Below the pieces are notes generated by a model. It ran no database searches and was not told the origin of the DNA. It saw nothing but the letters and a program-made list of their open reading frames with translations. Positions 19,009 to 29,720 of a stretch of 64,000 bases of DNA are shown in pieces. Position numbers and translations under genes: made by a program. This stretch comes from Candidatus Latescibacterota bacterium (GTDB lineage: Bacteria; Latescibacterota; UBA2968; GCA-2709665): assembly GCA_965226795.1 (NCBI GenBank), contig CBDDDZ010000005.1, forward strand, positions 32,001-96,000, written 5' to 3'. Numbering within the stretch: the stretch's first letter is position 1; every line of letters begins with the position of its first letter.

Positions 19009-19169
19009 TGTTCTGTCCCTTAAATAGATTGCCTGAATTCGGCCGCCGAGTCGCCCTGCTCGCAAGGCGCCAGAGCGAGTCGACCTGCGCAAGGTCGGCG
19101 TGCGATGGCAACGTAGCGAGATGGGATGAATCGGCGGATGAATGGTGACATATTTCTGGGACGGGACAC
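19008..19169. mobile_element. MITE-like element, copy 1 (162 bp)
   Basis: Imperfect terminal inverted repeats GTGTTCTGTCCCTTAAATA / ATATTTCTGGGACGGGACAC. Inverted copy at 31901-32056; partial copy at 40568-40633. Confidence 0.8.
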
Positions 19170-19187
19170 CAGAGTCGAACCGCGGTT

Positions 19188-20147
19188 TCAGGGATTCTGA
19201 CGGAGTTGGAGGTAGGATTCGTACCGCTGGCGGGAGACAACGTCCCGATCCACTGCATCTTTGACAATGCAACCGGGCTCCCGGACGTGCGTGCAGTCTC
19301 GAAAGCGGCAGTGTCCGGGCAGGCTCCTGAATTCCGGAAAAAGCCCATGGATTTCTTCCGGGTCTATCTCCCACAGATGAAATTCCCTCACGCCGGGCAG
19401 GTCTCCGACCATGCCGCCGGCTTCGAGTGTGACGAGTTCCGTGTGGGTGGTCGTGTGCCGGCCTTCCCCCGTTCTTTCACTGATTTCGCGCGTCCGCAAC
19501 CCGAGGCCCGGCTGCAGCCAGTTGAGCAGGCTGGATTTGCCTACGCCCGAAGGTCCCATAAAGAGCGAAATCCGGCCTTTCAGGAGGCTGAGGAACTCCT
19601 TTTTGCCCCTGTCGGTAATGATGCTGGTGAACACAACCGGGTATCCGATTTGTCTGTAGATGGAAACCGACGTATCGAATGCGGCGGGGCAGGGCAGGTC
19701 CAGTTTGTTGAAGCAGATGGCGGTGGGTATCTCACACCATTCCGCAACAGCCAGCATACGGTCCAGCACATTCCAGTCCGGCGGCGGTTCTGCCACCGAG
19801 AAGACCGGAAGGAGCTGGTCGACGTTGGCGGCCAGGATCTGTTCTTTCCGTGAACTTCCCGACGCCCTGCGTGAGATCTTGTTCCGCCTCGGCAGAATTT
19901 CACGGATCAGACCGGTATTGCCTTCGCCGGTATCTATGCGGACGCGGTCACCAATGGCGACGGGGTCCACAACGCGCGCGCGGCGGACGGCCTGTACCCG
20001 TTTTCGGCGCGAACCGGGCGCCGCTTCGGGATACTGAAGCTGTTTTCGCAATCTGCTTGAGACGGCACAGTCGACCACCCGGTTTCCCGTGGCGACATGG
20101 TAGTGCCCCCGTTGTTCCCGGATGACAATGCCTTCGGTGTGATCCAT
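19188..20147 (-). CDS. rsgA: Ribosome small subunit-dependent GTPase A
   Basis: Circularly permuted GTPase: NKLD, GPSGVGKS, GRHTTT, DLPG; C-terminal CRFRDCTH.EPGC. Confidence 0.95.
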   Translation of the reverse strand: MDHTEGIVIREQRGHYHVATGNRVVDCAVSSRLRKQLQYPEAAPGSRRKRVQAVRRARVVDPVAIGDRVRIDTGEGNTGLIREILPRRNKISRRASGSSRKEQILAANVDQLLPVFSVAEPPPDWNVLDRMLAVAEWCEIPTAICFNKLDLPCPAAFDTSVSIYRQIGYPVVFTSIITDRGKKEFLSLLKGRISLFMGPSGVGKSSLLNWLQPGLGLRTREISERTGEGRHTTTHTELVTLEAGGMVGDLPGVREFHLWEIDPEEIHGLFPEFRSLPGHCRFRDCTHVREPGCIVKDAVDRDVVSRQRYESYLQLRQNP

Positions 20148-20455
20148 AACTGGCCCAGGAAGTCGACGATGTACGGAGACACTTCCGGCTCCGGGGGTTT
20201 CCGATTTTTCAACATGCTGAAAAAAAACAATTTACGGTCAATATTCGCCATCGATGGATGGCGTTCGCAAGGCGCGGAAAATACATAGCCGGGAATTCTT
20301 TGTCAAGAAAAAAGACACCATAACGCCGGTTCCGGACCGCGCCTGTCGGGAGCCTGGTTAATCGGGTTGACTTTCAACTGCCATTTGTATATTCTTCGAA
20401 GACGGCGCCTATCTGAAGCGATTCGTTATGCGCCTTGTTCGAACGGGAGTTTTCC

Positions 20456-21205
20456 ATGGAGCCGGATCTATTACCGATTTTCAAGCGCTGGATTTTCGAT
20501 CCTCAAAAAACCTGCGCCAGGAAGATCGTGGGAATCGACGGACGGGAGAAGCTGCAGGTCCGATTCGAACTGGGCCTCCTGCAGATGGAAATGACCGGTC
20601 GACCCGACGGCACCTCCCCGAGAGGATATGAGTCGGCGCTCGATGCGTACCTCGACCGCCTGGAAGCCCACCGCAGGCAGCACGGTTCAGACGAAGGATT
20701 CTGCCTGGATGAGTGTGCGTGCGATGTGTTGTGGACGGAGGGCGTCCAGTTCTATCAGCGGTTCATCTGTCTTCTGCACCTGGGCGATTATGAAGGCGTT
20801 CTCAGGGACACCACGCATAATCTGGCGTTGCTGGATCTGGTCAGGACCTTTTCCGGAAATGACGAGATCAAGTGTGAATTTGAGCGTTCCCGGACGTGTG
20901 TGCTCATGGTACACGCCAGATCCAAGGGAGAAATCTGTCTTCAGAACGGAGATTCCGAGGGAGCGCTCGAAGTTGTGCGGGAGGGAATCGAAGAGATCCG
21001 GTGCTTCTTGAATGGATCCGGAGACCCGGAGCTTCTCGAATCCACAGACGAGCTTCGTTCGCTGAAAGATTGGGAGGAAGAGATTCGGCGGCGATATCCC
21101 GCACCCGCCAGGAAAAGCCTTTTCGAACAGATTGAGACGGCGGTTGCCCAGGAGCGTTACGAACAGGCCGCGATATTGAGAAACCGTCTGCACGGATTGA
21201 ACTGA
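20456..21205 (+). CDS. Conserved protein with C-terminal UvrB/UvrC (UVR) motif
   Basis: LGLLQMEMTGRPDG; AVAQERYEQAAILRNRL; GGGAG RBS. Confidence 0.8.
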   Translation: MEPDLLPIFKRWIFDPQKTCARKIVGIDGREKLQVRFELGLLQMEMTGRPDGTSPRGYESALDAYLDRLEAHRRQHGSDEGFCLDECACDVLWTEGVQFYQRFICLLHLGDYEGVLRDTTHNLALLDLVRTFSGNDEIKCEFERSRTCVLMVHARSKGEICLQNGDSEGALEVVREGIEEIRCFLNGSGDPELLESTDELRSLKDWEEEIRRRYPAPARKSLFEQIETAVAQERYEQAAILRNRLHGLN

Positions 21206-21408
21206 TTTCGTTGTCAACAGTTGAATGGGATGTCCACGAGGCGGCTGCGGCGCCGCGTGGGTGAAGAGCCTGTATATTCCGATCCTGAAAAGCGATTCGT
21301 TTTCAGATCGGGATTTTTTGTATGTGGCGGCGGTACGGTTCCGACTGTTATCTATACCATGGCCGAAATCGTGCCGACGGGAATGGCCGCAGCCGGATGG
21401 AGGACCGG

Positions 21409-22668
21409 ATGAACCCGGAGTTCATGATCGCCCGCAGGCATTTCCGGTCTCTGCGCGCCCGGAGGGGCATCTCGTTTACGATATGTATCGCCGTGGTCGG
21501 CGTGGCGCTGGGTGTGTCATCGCTGGTGATCGTAATGTCCGTCATGAACGGTTATACAAATATGATCCGCCAGCGTCTGTTGGGCGTGAACGCGCACGTG
21601 ACCGTGCGCAAGTCCTATCGCAAGCCGATTGCGGATTATATGCCGGTCATGCGCACTCTGGAAGACCACACTGAAGTGCTTGCGGCGTCGCCTTATATCC
21701 ACGCGGAGGGGTTTGTTTTCCGGAAGCCTGCCGGAGAGGAGGCGGTGAAATCGGGCGTTCTCGTGCGTGGCGTGGATCCTGCGGGTTTTCTTCGCACCAG
21801 CGACATCGGGACCTATATCAGGGAAGGAAAAATAGATCTCGGTCCACGGGAGAAACAGGGTCCGCGGGCGGTACACGGGGTTTTGCTGGGCCAGGTCCTG
21901 GCGCAAAAGCTGGGTGCGCGCCCCGGGGCCGACGTGTTCCTGGGTCTGGTTCCGAAGGACGTTTTCGGCGGCCGGGCACGCCGGTGGCAGCGTTACCGGG
22001 TGACCGGGGTCTTCAATACGGGTTATTTCGAGTTCGATTCCAGGCTGATCTATATTTCTCTCGCGGCCGCAAGGCGAGATCTGGGTTGGCAGGACGTCGT
22101 AACGGGTATTCGCCTGCGATTGCAGGATCCGATGGAAGCCGACCGGCTCAGCGAGACGTTCAGGCAGGCTCTTCGTGAGACATATCCGGGGCTGTTTGCC
22201 TCTTCGTGGACGCGGAACTTCGGGAACTTTTACGTATTGATCCAGCTGCAGAAGTGGGCCTTCTTCCTGATTCTGAGTCTGATCGTGGTGGTGGCGGGAT
22301 TCAACATTATCAGTATTTTAACGATGAATGTGACCGATCGTCGCCGGGAGATCGGAATTCTGAAGGCAATGGGGATGATCCCGGCGCGGATCGGCCGGAT
22401 TTTTATCCTGGAGGGGCTGGTGGTGGGCCTGTCCGGTATCGCGATGGGTAATCTGCTGGGGTTTGCGCTCTGCTGGATTCAGAAGCGGTTCGAAGTGATT
22501 CGCGTACCGGGGGAGGTTTACTACGTCAGTTCGTTGCCGGTGGAGATGCGCCCCGAAGAATTCGGATTGGTTTCCCTGTGCGCGGTTCTGATCTGTTACC
22601 TCTTCAGCCTCTTTCCGTCCCGGGATGCGGCGGCGCTGGATCCGGTGGATGCAATACGCTATGAGTGA
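21409..22668 (+). CDS. LolC/E-type lipoprotein-releasing ABC transporter permease
   Basis: IARRHF...GVALGVSSLVIVMSVMNG; AGFNIISILTMNV..RRREIGILKAMG; DPVDAIRYE. Confidence 0.9.
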   Translation: MNPEFMIARRHFRSLRARRGISFTICIAVVGVALGVSSLVIVMSVMNGYTNMIRQRLLGVNAHVTVRKSYRKPIADYMPVMRTLEDHTEVLAASPYIHAEGFVFRKPAGEEAVKSGVLVRGVDPAGFLRTSDIGTYIREGKIDLGPREKQGPRAVHGVLLGQVLAQKLGARPGADVFLGLVPKDVFGGRARRWQRYRVTGVFNTGYFEFDSRLIYISLAAARRDLGWQDVVTGIRLRLQDPMEADRLSETFRQALRETYPGLFASSWTRNFGNFYVLIQLQKWAFFLILSLIVVVAGFNIISILTMNVTDRRREIGILKAMGMIPARIGRIFILEGLVVGLSGIAMGNLLGFALCWIQKRFEVIRVPGEVYYVSSLPVEMRPEEFGLVSLCAVLICYLFSLFPSRDAAALDPVDAIRYE

Positions 22669-22796
22669 TCGTTGGCGCGTGCCAGTCCCCCGGGCCCAGG
22701 GCGCCTGTCTGCGCGTTGAGGTCTCCTCGACAGGCAGGCAGAGGGACGCGCCCGTGGGTCTTGACAATGTCCGGCGGCCAGGACAGGGGACCGGCG

Positions 22797-24047
22797 ATGT
22801 ATGAATTGTTGATTGCGCGACGGTATCTGCGCTCGATGCGCCGCCGGAAACGGGTGTCGTTCACGGTGATGGTGGCGGTTATGGGCGTGGGCCTGGGCGT
22901 AGCGGCGCTGGTAATCGTCTTGTCGGTGTCGAACGGGTTTTCGACGCTGGTATGGGACCGGTTGCTGGGAGTGAATGCGCACGCGACGGTGAGGAAGGAA
23001 GGGGGGCAGAGGATAGAGGATCCACAGGCGCTACTTGCCGCCCTGGCCGCCCATCCCCTGGTTACCGCCGTTTCGCCGTTTGTGGCTTCGGAGGGTGCCG
23101 TATTGCACCGTTCCTTTGAAGACGAGGTATATAGCGCCGGTGTGATGGTGAGGGGCGTGACCCCGGACGGATTGAAGTCGGTAAGCGATCTGGCGGACCA
23201 TATCTGGGGAGGCGCCCTGGATCTGGGCACCCAGGAAACGGAAGGCCGCGGGGAGGTGTACGGGATCGTGGTCGGGCGCTATCTTGCCGATCAACTCGGC
23301 GTACGGGTGGGGTCGGAAGTGCATCTCTGGATCTTGCCGCATGAGGTTTTCGCCGTTCAGACGCGGTTTCGACGTTACATAGTCACCGGCATCTTCAGTT
23401 CGGGTAATCCCGAGTTCGATAGCGGACTGGCCTATGTTTCGCTTACGGCGGCCAGAAGGGATATGGGTTGGGGGCGCCAGATTACCGGTGTCCGCCTTCG
23501 GTTCGGTGATGCCTTTGGCGCGCAGGAAATCAGCACAGTCGTTGAGAAGGCGACCAGGCGGCTGGATCCTGCGCTTTCCGTGCATCCCTGGATGCGGGAC
23601 CACGGCAACCTGTATTTTTCTATTCATCTGGAGAAGTGGGCGAGTTTTCTGGGTCTGGGGCTGATCGTGGTGGTCGCGGGCTTCAACATCGTCAGCGTGC
23701 TTACCATGAACGTGGCCGAAAAGCGCCGCGAGATCGGCATTCTGAAGACCCTGGGGGTGCCGCCTCGAAGGATCGGCCGCATATTTACATGGCAGGGGCT
23801 GGCTGTCGGGCTGTCCGGCGTGTTGCTCGGCAATGTGCTGGGTTTTTCCATATGCTGGGCGCAGCAGCGGTTTGAACTTCTGAAGATTCCGGGAGATGTG
23901 TTGATCACCCAGGCACTGCCCGTGGAGATGCAGATGTCTGACTTTCTGGCGATCTCGGCTTCCGCGGCGTTGATCTGTTATCTGTTTACGCTTATCCCGG
24001 CTCGAGATGCCGCGGCGCTGGACCCGGTTGAGGCGATCAGGATGTAG
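22797..24047 (+). CDS. LolC/E-type lipoprotein-releasing ABC transporter permease (paralogue)
   Basis: MYELLIARRYL; same FtsX-type motifs; DPVEAIR. Confidence 0.9.
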   Translation: MYELLIARRYLRSMRRRKRVSFTVMVAVMGVGLGVAALVIVLSVSNGFSTLVWDRLLGVNAHATVRKEGGQRIEDPQALLAALAAHPLVTAVSPFVASEGAVLHRSFEDEVYSAGVMVRGVTPDGLKSVSDLADHIWGGALDLGTQETEGRGEVYGIVVGRYLADQLGVRVGSEVHLWILPHEVFAVQTRFRRYIVTGIFSSGNPEFDSGLAYVSLTAARRDMGWGRQITGVRLRFGDAFGAQEISTVVEKATRRLDPALSVHPWMRDHGNLYFSIHLEKWASFLGLGLIVVVAGFNIVSVLTMNVAEKRREIGILKTLGVPPRRIGRIFTWQGLAVGLSGVLLGNVLGFSICWAQQRFELLKIPGDVLITQALPVEMQMSDFLAISASAALICYLFTLIPARDAAALDPVEAIRM

Positions 24048-24140
24048 TCCCGACAATGCCTCTCGCTCCATCGGCGGTTTCCGGGTGTGGTGCGGGAGAC
24101 CTTCCGTCGCCGGAGCGAAACTGGAACCCGAAAGGGCGCA

Positions 24141-24305
24141 ATGGACCTCGATCCTTTCAGATCGTATCCGCCAGGCGACCCCAGGAGGCCGCCTTCGAGG
24201 ATTTTTCTGGTTCTTCTGGCGTTTGGTGTTGCGATTGTGGTTACTTTGTTTGCCGCTCTCATTGTCTATATGCGTGACGTCTGGACCGCACGACCGCTGG
24301 GGTAG
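24141..24305 (+). CDS. Small single-pass membrane protein (hypothetical)
   Basis: AAAGGG RBS, one hydrophobic helix, followed by a terminator hairpin. Confidence 0.45.
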   Translation: MDLDPFRSYPPGDPRRPPSRIFLVLLAFGVAIVVTLFAALIVYMRDVWTARPLG

Positions 24306-24341
24306 CAAAGGGTGTGAAGACAGGCATAGGTTCAACACAGA

Positions 24342-24368
24342 AAGGCCCGGACATCTGTCCGGGCCTTC
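24342..24368. terminator. Hairpin between convergent genes
   Basis: AAGGCCCGGACA-TC-TGTCCGGGCCTT, a perfect inverted repeat. Confidence 0.7.
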
Positions 24369-24394
24369 ACTATTCTCCCATTTGGGAATTCCGT

Positions 24395-25132
24395 TTAATA
24401 CGTGGCGCGTCCGCCGCTGACGTCATAACACTGCCCCGTTGTAAAGGTGGCTTCATCGGAGGCCAGGAAGTGCACCAGTGCGGCGACCTCATCGGGTTTG
24501 CCGAGGCGGCCCATCGGTATTTTGGATGTCAGAAAGGCGGCTCTATCCGGATCCAGGCTCAGGGTCATCTCGGTTTCGATCAGCGCGGGCGCGACGCAAT
24601 TGACACGGATGTTGTTGTCCAGTACCTCCCTGGCCAACGCCTTGGTAAAACAGATAACACCGGCTTTGGAGACCGAGTATGCCGCCATGTTGGCGTTTCC
24701 TTCCTTGCCCGAGATTGAGGCGATGGATACAATTGTGCCCCGATTGCGTTCCTCCATGTGTCCGATGACCGCGCGCGAGCAGAGGAAGACACCCTTGAGG
24801 TTGGTGTTCATTACACGATCCCAGTCCGCTTCGCCCAGATCCCGCACCGGCGCCTCCGTGCCCACGATGCCGGCGTTATTGACCAGGATATCGATCTGTC
24901 CCAGGCGTTCCAGCACGGTATTTACCATGCGGGTGACGTCTTCGCTGCTGGAGACATCCGCCTTCAGGACCAGGCCGATGGTGGAAGATCCGGCGGTTGC
25001 CGGGTCGATGTCCGCGATAGCGACCGTTGCGCCTGCGGTCGCCAGACGTTCCGCGATGGCGGATCCGATACCCCTGGCGGCTCCGGTGACGAGGGCAACG
25101 CGGCCGGTAAGGTCCATAAACGTTTTTGGCAT
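24395..25132 (-). CDS. Short-chain dehydrogenase/reductase (FabG-like)
   Basis: TGAARGIG, NNAG, YSVSK, RVNCVAP. Confidence 0.93.
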   Translation of the reverse strand: MPKTFMDLTGRVALVTGAARGIGSAIAERLATAGATVAIADIDPATAGSSTIGLVLKADVSSSEDVTRMVNTVLERLGQIDILVNNAGIVGTEAPVRDLGEADWDRVMNTNLKGVFLCSRAVIGHMEERNRGTIVSIASISGKEGNANMAAYSVSKAGVICFTKALAREVLDNNIRVNCVAPALIETEMTLSLDPDRAAFLTSKIPMGRLGKPDEVAALVHFLASDEATFTTGQCYDVSGGRATY

Positions 25133-25272
25133 GGTCGTTCTCTCGATTGGGGATTTAATGAGTCGCCGATTGTATCCGGGGGATTCATGTCGCTGGCATG
25201 GTGGCCGTTATAACACGGAGCAGTAAACAGTTGGCATTCGTTGCCCCTGCTACGGTGGAGTTTGATGTAAAC

Positions 25273-26361
25273 TCATAGGAGTTCCGTCCGGTCCATGTAT
25301 TCGATGAGTTTCCGGTTCGCCCGGGAGAAAGCATAGTCTCCGAGACCGTCGGGTGCGACCCAACTTACGTCCGAACAGTTGCGCGCTCGCGCTTTGCCGC
25401 CTCTGTATTCGCATTGAAAGGCATGCATGGTTACACTGAAGTGGGTGAAGGCGTGATTGACGGTCCTGAACCGGTTCCGGACGGCCGCGTCGACACCGGT
25501 TGCCTCACGTACCGCACGAATACAGGTGTCACTTAAGGGCTCGTCCTCCAACTGACGGGTTGAGGGAAATTCCCATAGCCCGCCCAGAAGGCCGTTTTCC
25601 GGCCGACGGGCGATCAGGACCCTTTCGTTCCGGGATACGATTCCCACGCCCAGAATGTGGTGGGGACGCGGTTTCTTCGGGGCTCTGACGGGGAGCGATT
25701 CCGCGGTGCCGGTTTGGAATGCGGCGCAATGTTCGTAGATCGGACATGAAGCGCAGCGGGGCGCTCGCGGGCGGCAGACCGTTGCGCCCAGTTCCATAAT
25801 CGCCTGGTTGTACTCGCCGGCGTCGCCGCTGTGCAGAAGGTTGTCGGCCAGTTTCTGGAGATGCGTTCTGGTACGGCTCTGTGCGATATCGTCATGAATA
25901 TCGAAAAGGCGACAGAGAACCCGGATGACGTTACCGTCGAGTACGGCGTAATCCCGGTCGTAGGCGATGCTCAGGACCGCGGCCGTGGTGTAGGGGCCGA
26001 AACCGGGCAGGGAGGAGAGATCGTCATAGACATCGGGCACGGTGCCGTTGAATCTGTCCACGATGTACTGAGCCGTTCTGTGCAGATTTCGGGCTCGGGC
26101 ATAGTATCCGAGGCCTTCCCAGGCCTTGAGAACGCGATCACGCTGCGTGCGGGCGAGGTCCTGCACAGTGGGGAAATCTCTCAGGAAACGCCTGTAATAC
26201 GGAATGACGGTTTCGACCTGTGTCTGCTGAAGCATGAACTCCGAGAGCAGAACGTGGTATGGATCGGTCGTATCACGCCATGGAAGATCCCGCTTTTCAC
26301 GTCGGTACCAGGCGAGCAGGCCTTGTTTGATCGCAGCACGTTTTGAAGGGTTGACATCCAT
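25273..26361 (-). CDS. mutY: A/G-specific adenine glycosylase
   Basis: RDLPWR, SEFMLQQT, WEGLGYYARARNL, HhH LPGFGPYT, CRPRAPRCASCP...C Fe-S cluster, NUDIX-like C-terminus. Confidence 0.96.
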   Translation of the reverse strand: MDVNPSKRAAIKQGLLAWYRREKRDLPWRDTTDPYHVLLSEFMLQQTQVETVIPYYRRFLRDFPTVQDLARTQRDRVLKAWEGLGYYARARNLHRTAQYIVDRFNGTVPDVYDDLSSLPGFGPYTTAAVLSIAYDRDYAVLDGNVIRVLCRLFDIHDDIAQSRTRTHLQKLADNLLHSGDAGEYNQAIMELGATVCRPRAPRCASCPIYEHCAAFQTGTAESLPVRAPKKPRPHHILGVGIVSRNERVLIARRPENGLLGGLWEFPSTRQLEDEPLSDTCIRAVREATGVDAAVRNRFRTVNHAFTHFSVTMHAFQCEYRGGKARARNCSDVSWVAPDGLGDYAFSRANRKLIEYMDRTELL

Positions 26362-26379
26362 GGATCTACCGGGTGAATA

Positions 26380-26697
26380 TCACTTCGCCGTGCCTGAACG
26401 GTTTTCTTTACGGCGACGTTTCTTTTCCGCAATATCACTGGCGTGCCCGGTGACGACATCCGGCGGGCTGCTTCTGATCAGTTGCTGGATCGCCAGCAGG
26501 AACAACAGGATATCTTCGCCATAGCCCAGGTGTGGGAACAACGCTTCCGGCAACAGATCCACCGGAGATATCCCATAGAGTATGATGAGAAAGACCAGCA
26601 GTTTGCTATACCATGGCACACGCGGGTCTTTCATCAGGCGCCAGGAGAGTCTGATGTATTGGGGCAGGCGAAATAGAATGGAGAAGATGCCGCGCAT
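26380..26697 (-). CDS. DUF1232 (YkvA) family membrane protein
   Basis: DPRVPWYSK...YGISPVDLLPE...GYGED. Confidence 0.85.
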   Translation of the reverse strand: MRGIFSILFRLPQYIRLSWRLMKDPRVPWYSKLLVFLIILYGISPVDLLPEALFPHLGYGEDILLFLLAIQQLIRSSPPDVVTGHASDIAEKKRRRKENRSGTAK

Positions 26698-26897
26698 GGC
26701 AGTAGCGAGCGGGGTCAGGTGGACGCAATAGGCAAGGCAGGCGGCAGCAAAAGCGGTCAAACCCACCCGTATCTGTGATCGAGGCTGCGCGCCTCAAGCC
26801 TCTCATAGGCGGGTTCGCCCGCCTGGACCGACACGTTTTCGCTGGCGCTCGGGAACTCGTCGGAGATTTTAAAACAGCTTCCAAGTGACGATGTTGT

Positions 26898-27890
26898 CTA
26901 ACTTCTGCCAAGAAAAGATCTGACCCTGGGATGGCTCAACACGTCCGGATTGATGATGTGCGCAGGTTCCCGACCCTCCATGGCGTCGGTGAGTTGCCCG
27001 AAGGTCCTGTGATCCAGGCGTACAGCCGAAGCGTCAGTCATTCCGGCGTTGTGGTTGGTACAGATGATGCGTGGGTGCCCCTTGTGGATGGCTCGAGGGC
27101 CGTCTACAGGGTCGTCTACCACGTAGTACCAGAGGCGCCTTTCGACAATGGCGCGGTTGACGGCGATGTCGTCCACGAGGGTCCCCCGCGAGGGGTTGAT
27201 AAGTGAGGCATGGGGCTGCATGGCGCACAGGAGTTCGTATGTGACGATGGTGTCGGCTCCGGAAACGTGCAGCGAGACGGTGTCGCATTCTCTGAAGAGG
27301 TCTATGGGTTCGCCGACCGGTTCGGCCCCGAACCGGGACGCCAGTTCGGCAATGTCCGGCCGTACGTCGTATACGAGCAGGCGCCCCCTTTCACCCAGAA
27401 GAGGTTTCGCACGTTCGGCGACGGCCTGACCGATGCGGCCGAATCCGAACAGGCCAAGCGTGGTTTCAGCGGCTTCGTAGGTTCTGATGAGAGAGAAGTC
27501 GCCGCTGTGGGAGAGCTGGTTCAGGGTGTAGACCCTTTTCAGCGTTGCCATCCACTGGGCAATGGCGTATTCGGCTACCGTGACCATGTGCTCCGGGGAA
27601 ATGGTGACGATAACCCCGTGTCGGGTGGCCGCCTCCAGGTTGACTTTTTCGTAACCAACACCCCAGCGGGAAATGATGCGCAGGTCCGCAGCGGCTTCGT
27701 AGAAACTTTCGTGAATAAGCGAGGAACTCGCGATAACGCCAACCACGCCATCCGCATCGTTTTCCGTGAGTTCGCCCGTGTAGTAGTCCACACTGGCAAC
27801 GTCTGCCAGTCCCGCCAGTCCCTTCCGGCGGCTGTCTGAGTCGAATTCGGGGTTCCGCATGTTGGCGGACAACAGGATTCTTCGTGACAT
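26898..27890 (-). CDS. D-isomer-specific 2-hydroxyacid dehydrogenase family
   Basis: RWGVGYEKV, GLFGFGRIG, INPSRG, TNHNAG. Confidence 0.85.
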   Translation of the reverse strand: MSRRILLSANMRNPEFDSDSRRKGLAGLADVASVDYYTGELTENDADGVVGVIASSSLIHESFYEAAADLRIISRWGVGYEKVNLEAATRHGVIVTISPEHMVTVAEYAIAQWMATLKRVYTLNQLSHSGDFSLIRTYEAAETTLGLFGFGRIGQAVAERAKPLLGERGRLLVYDVRPDIAELASRFGAEPVGEPIDLFRECDTVSLHVSGADTIVTYELLCAMQPHASLINPSRGTLVDDIAVNRAIVERRLWYYVVDDPVDGPRAIHKGHPRIICTNHNAGMTDASAVRLDHRTFGQLTDAMEGREPAHIINPDVLSHPRVRSFLGRS

Positions 27891-27997
27891 GCAATTCCTC
27901 TGTTAATGAAGTGATGCGGCAGGTTTATTGAACCGTTTCCGGCTGGAGTCCGGGGCCAGGCTGGCATCGACTAAACGGAAATATGGAGTTGGTCCAG

Positions 27998-29656
27998 TTA
28001 CGCCTTTGTCCGGTTCGCGATTTCCTGTACGATTCGGCGCAAGGCGCCGCGTTGAACCTTTCCCGTGGAAGTCATTGGCAGGCGGTCGGGGTTGAATGGT
28101 ATGGTCTTGCACGGCGCTTCGTAGGGGCTGAGGTTCGCTACGTTACCCGCGCGTCCCGCGTTCAGGATCCTTCCGGCGGCTTCTTCCTGCATTTCGGGAG
28201 CCATTCCGTTGCGGAAGACGAGCGCGGCGCAGACGTCCTGTCCCCAGCGTTCGTCGTCGAGGCCGGTAACGTAGGCCGCGGCAAGCTCGGGAAAGGCTTC
28301 TACAAGTGCGTTTTCAACCGCAATAGGTGAAATGTTGACGCCGCCCTTTATAACGATTTCTTTTTTGCGGCTGTGAACGAAGTAGTTATCGCGGCCGCCG
28401 ATGGCGCGCCGGTAGCCGATATCGCCCGTGTGGAACCAACCCTCCGTGAAGACTTCTTCGGTGGCGGCCTGCTGGTTGAGGTAGCCGCCCGATACGACCG
28501 GCCCGCGAACCAGGATTTCACCGAGTTCGCCAGGCGGCGGGTCGCCCTCGAGGCGGATGTTGTTGTTTTCGAGTTCCACGCCCGCGGCGTTCTGCAGAAG
28601 TGCCTCCCGATATTCGTCCTCGGGCAGGTCGGGTGGAACACCGGTTACCCGGAGGCTGACTTCGGTGGTGCCGTAGCCCTGGATCAGGCGCACGCCGAAT
28701 CGATCGTAGAACCGTACGGCAGGGCCCGCGGGAACGGGCGCGCTGCCGATCATTATCTTTTTCAGTGCGGAGATGTCGTGCCCGGCCGCGTCGAACGCGT
28801 CGGCGTCCGCAAGCAGGTCCCGCATGATTGTGGGGACAATGCTGCTGGAAGTGGCTTTCTCGTCTGCAATGACGGGCCAGAATCCGGAAGCGCTGTATCG
28901 GGAGTTGAGAATGAGCGTGCCGTCGGCCATGAGAAGTGCGATCGAGAAGACCGTTGAGTTGACGTGATGCAGCGGCAGGACCAGGCTGAGGCGTTCGTTC
29001 TCGTCGAGATGCAGCCAACGGCGAATGCCATCCGCATTGCTCACGATGCTCTGTCGTGTGAGCAAAACACCCTTGGGCTTACCGGTCGTTCCGGACGTAT
29101 ACAGAATGATCCCGGTGGCCTGTTCCTCGACGGGGTCGCCGCTCCACTCCGGTTCCGTGTCTGTGGGCTGATGTACCTCGCCCGCAAGAAGGCTGTCCGT
29201 GGCCGCAATTGGAAATTCCCGTGCGATTTTCCGTTCTGAGTCCAGATGATCCGGGAGGACACACAGCAATTTGACGCGGGAGTCTTCGAGTTTGTACCGT
29301 TTTCGTTCCGGCCCGTCGCGCCTGAGATCCAGCGGGACGGCGGTCGCGCCAAGACGGAAGAGGGCCTGGGTAATCAGAAGTATTTCGGGACAATTGGGCA
29401 TGGCCAGGGACACCCTGTCTCCTGGACCGATACCGTATTCACCTTGAAGTCGGCAGGCCAGCGCGGCCGTCCGCCGGTTCAGGTCGCCGTACGTGACAAC
29501 AGACCGTTTCTCCCGGTCCAGGTCGCGGAAAATGATGGCCGCGCGATCATCCCGATGAGCAGCCCGATGTTGAAGAAGGTGCGTAAAGTTCTTCCATGGG
29601 AAGCGATAGACGTGAGAGCGTCGGTTCTTTGTGCAGGTGAAAATCTGTGGATCCAT
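27998..29656 (-). CDS. Class I adenylate-forming enzyme (acyl/aryl-CoA ligase); alternative start 29728
   Basis: YTSGTTGKPKG, QGYGTTE, FHTGDIG, TSTGKVQR. Confidence 0.9.
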   Translation of the reverse strand: MDPQIFTCTKNRRSHVYRFPWKNFTHLLQHRAAHRDDRAAIIFRDLDREKRSVVTYGDLNRRTAALACRLQGEYGIGPGDRVSLAMPNCPEILLITQALFRLGATAVPLDLRRDGPERKRYKLEDSRVKLLCVLPDHLDSERKIAREFPIAATDSLLAGEVHQPTDTEPEWSGDPVEEQATGIILYTSGTTGKPKGVLLTRQSIVSNADGIRRWLHLDENERLSLVLPLHHVNSTVFSIALLMADGTLILNSRYSASGFWPVIADEKATSSSIVPTIMRDLLADADAFDAAGHDISALKKIMIGSAPVPAGPAVRFYDRFGVRLIQGYGTTEVSLRVTGVPPDLPEDEYREALLQNAAGVELENNNIRLEGDPPPGELGEILVRGPVVSGGYLNQQAATEEVFTEGWFHTGDIGYRRAIGGRDNYFVHSRKKEIVIKGGVNISPIAVENALVEAFPELAAAYVTGLDDERWGQDVCAALVFRNGMAPEMQEEAAGRILNAGRAGNVANLSPYEAPCKTIPFNPDRLPMTSTGKVQRGALRRIVQEIANRTKA

Positions 29657-29720
29657 AGAGATTGAACCGTGTGCCTGCGACAACGAATGAGGCGCCGGGA
29701 ACCCCGATTCAGAGCCCGCT

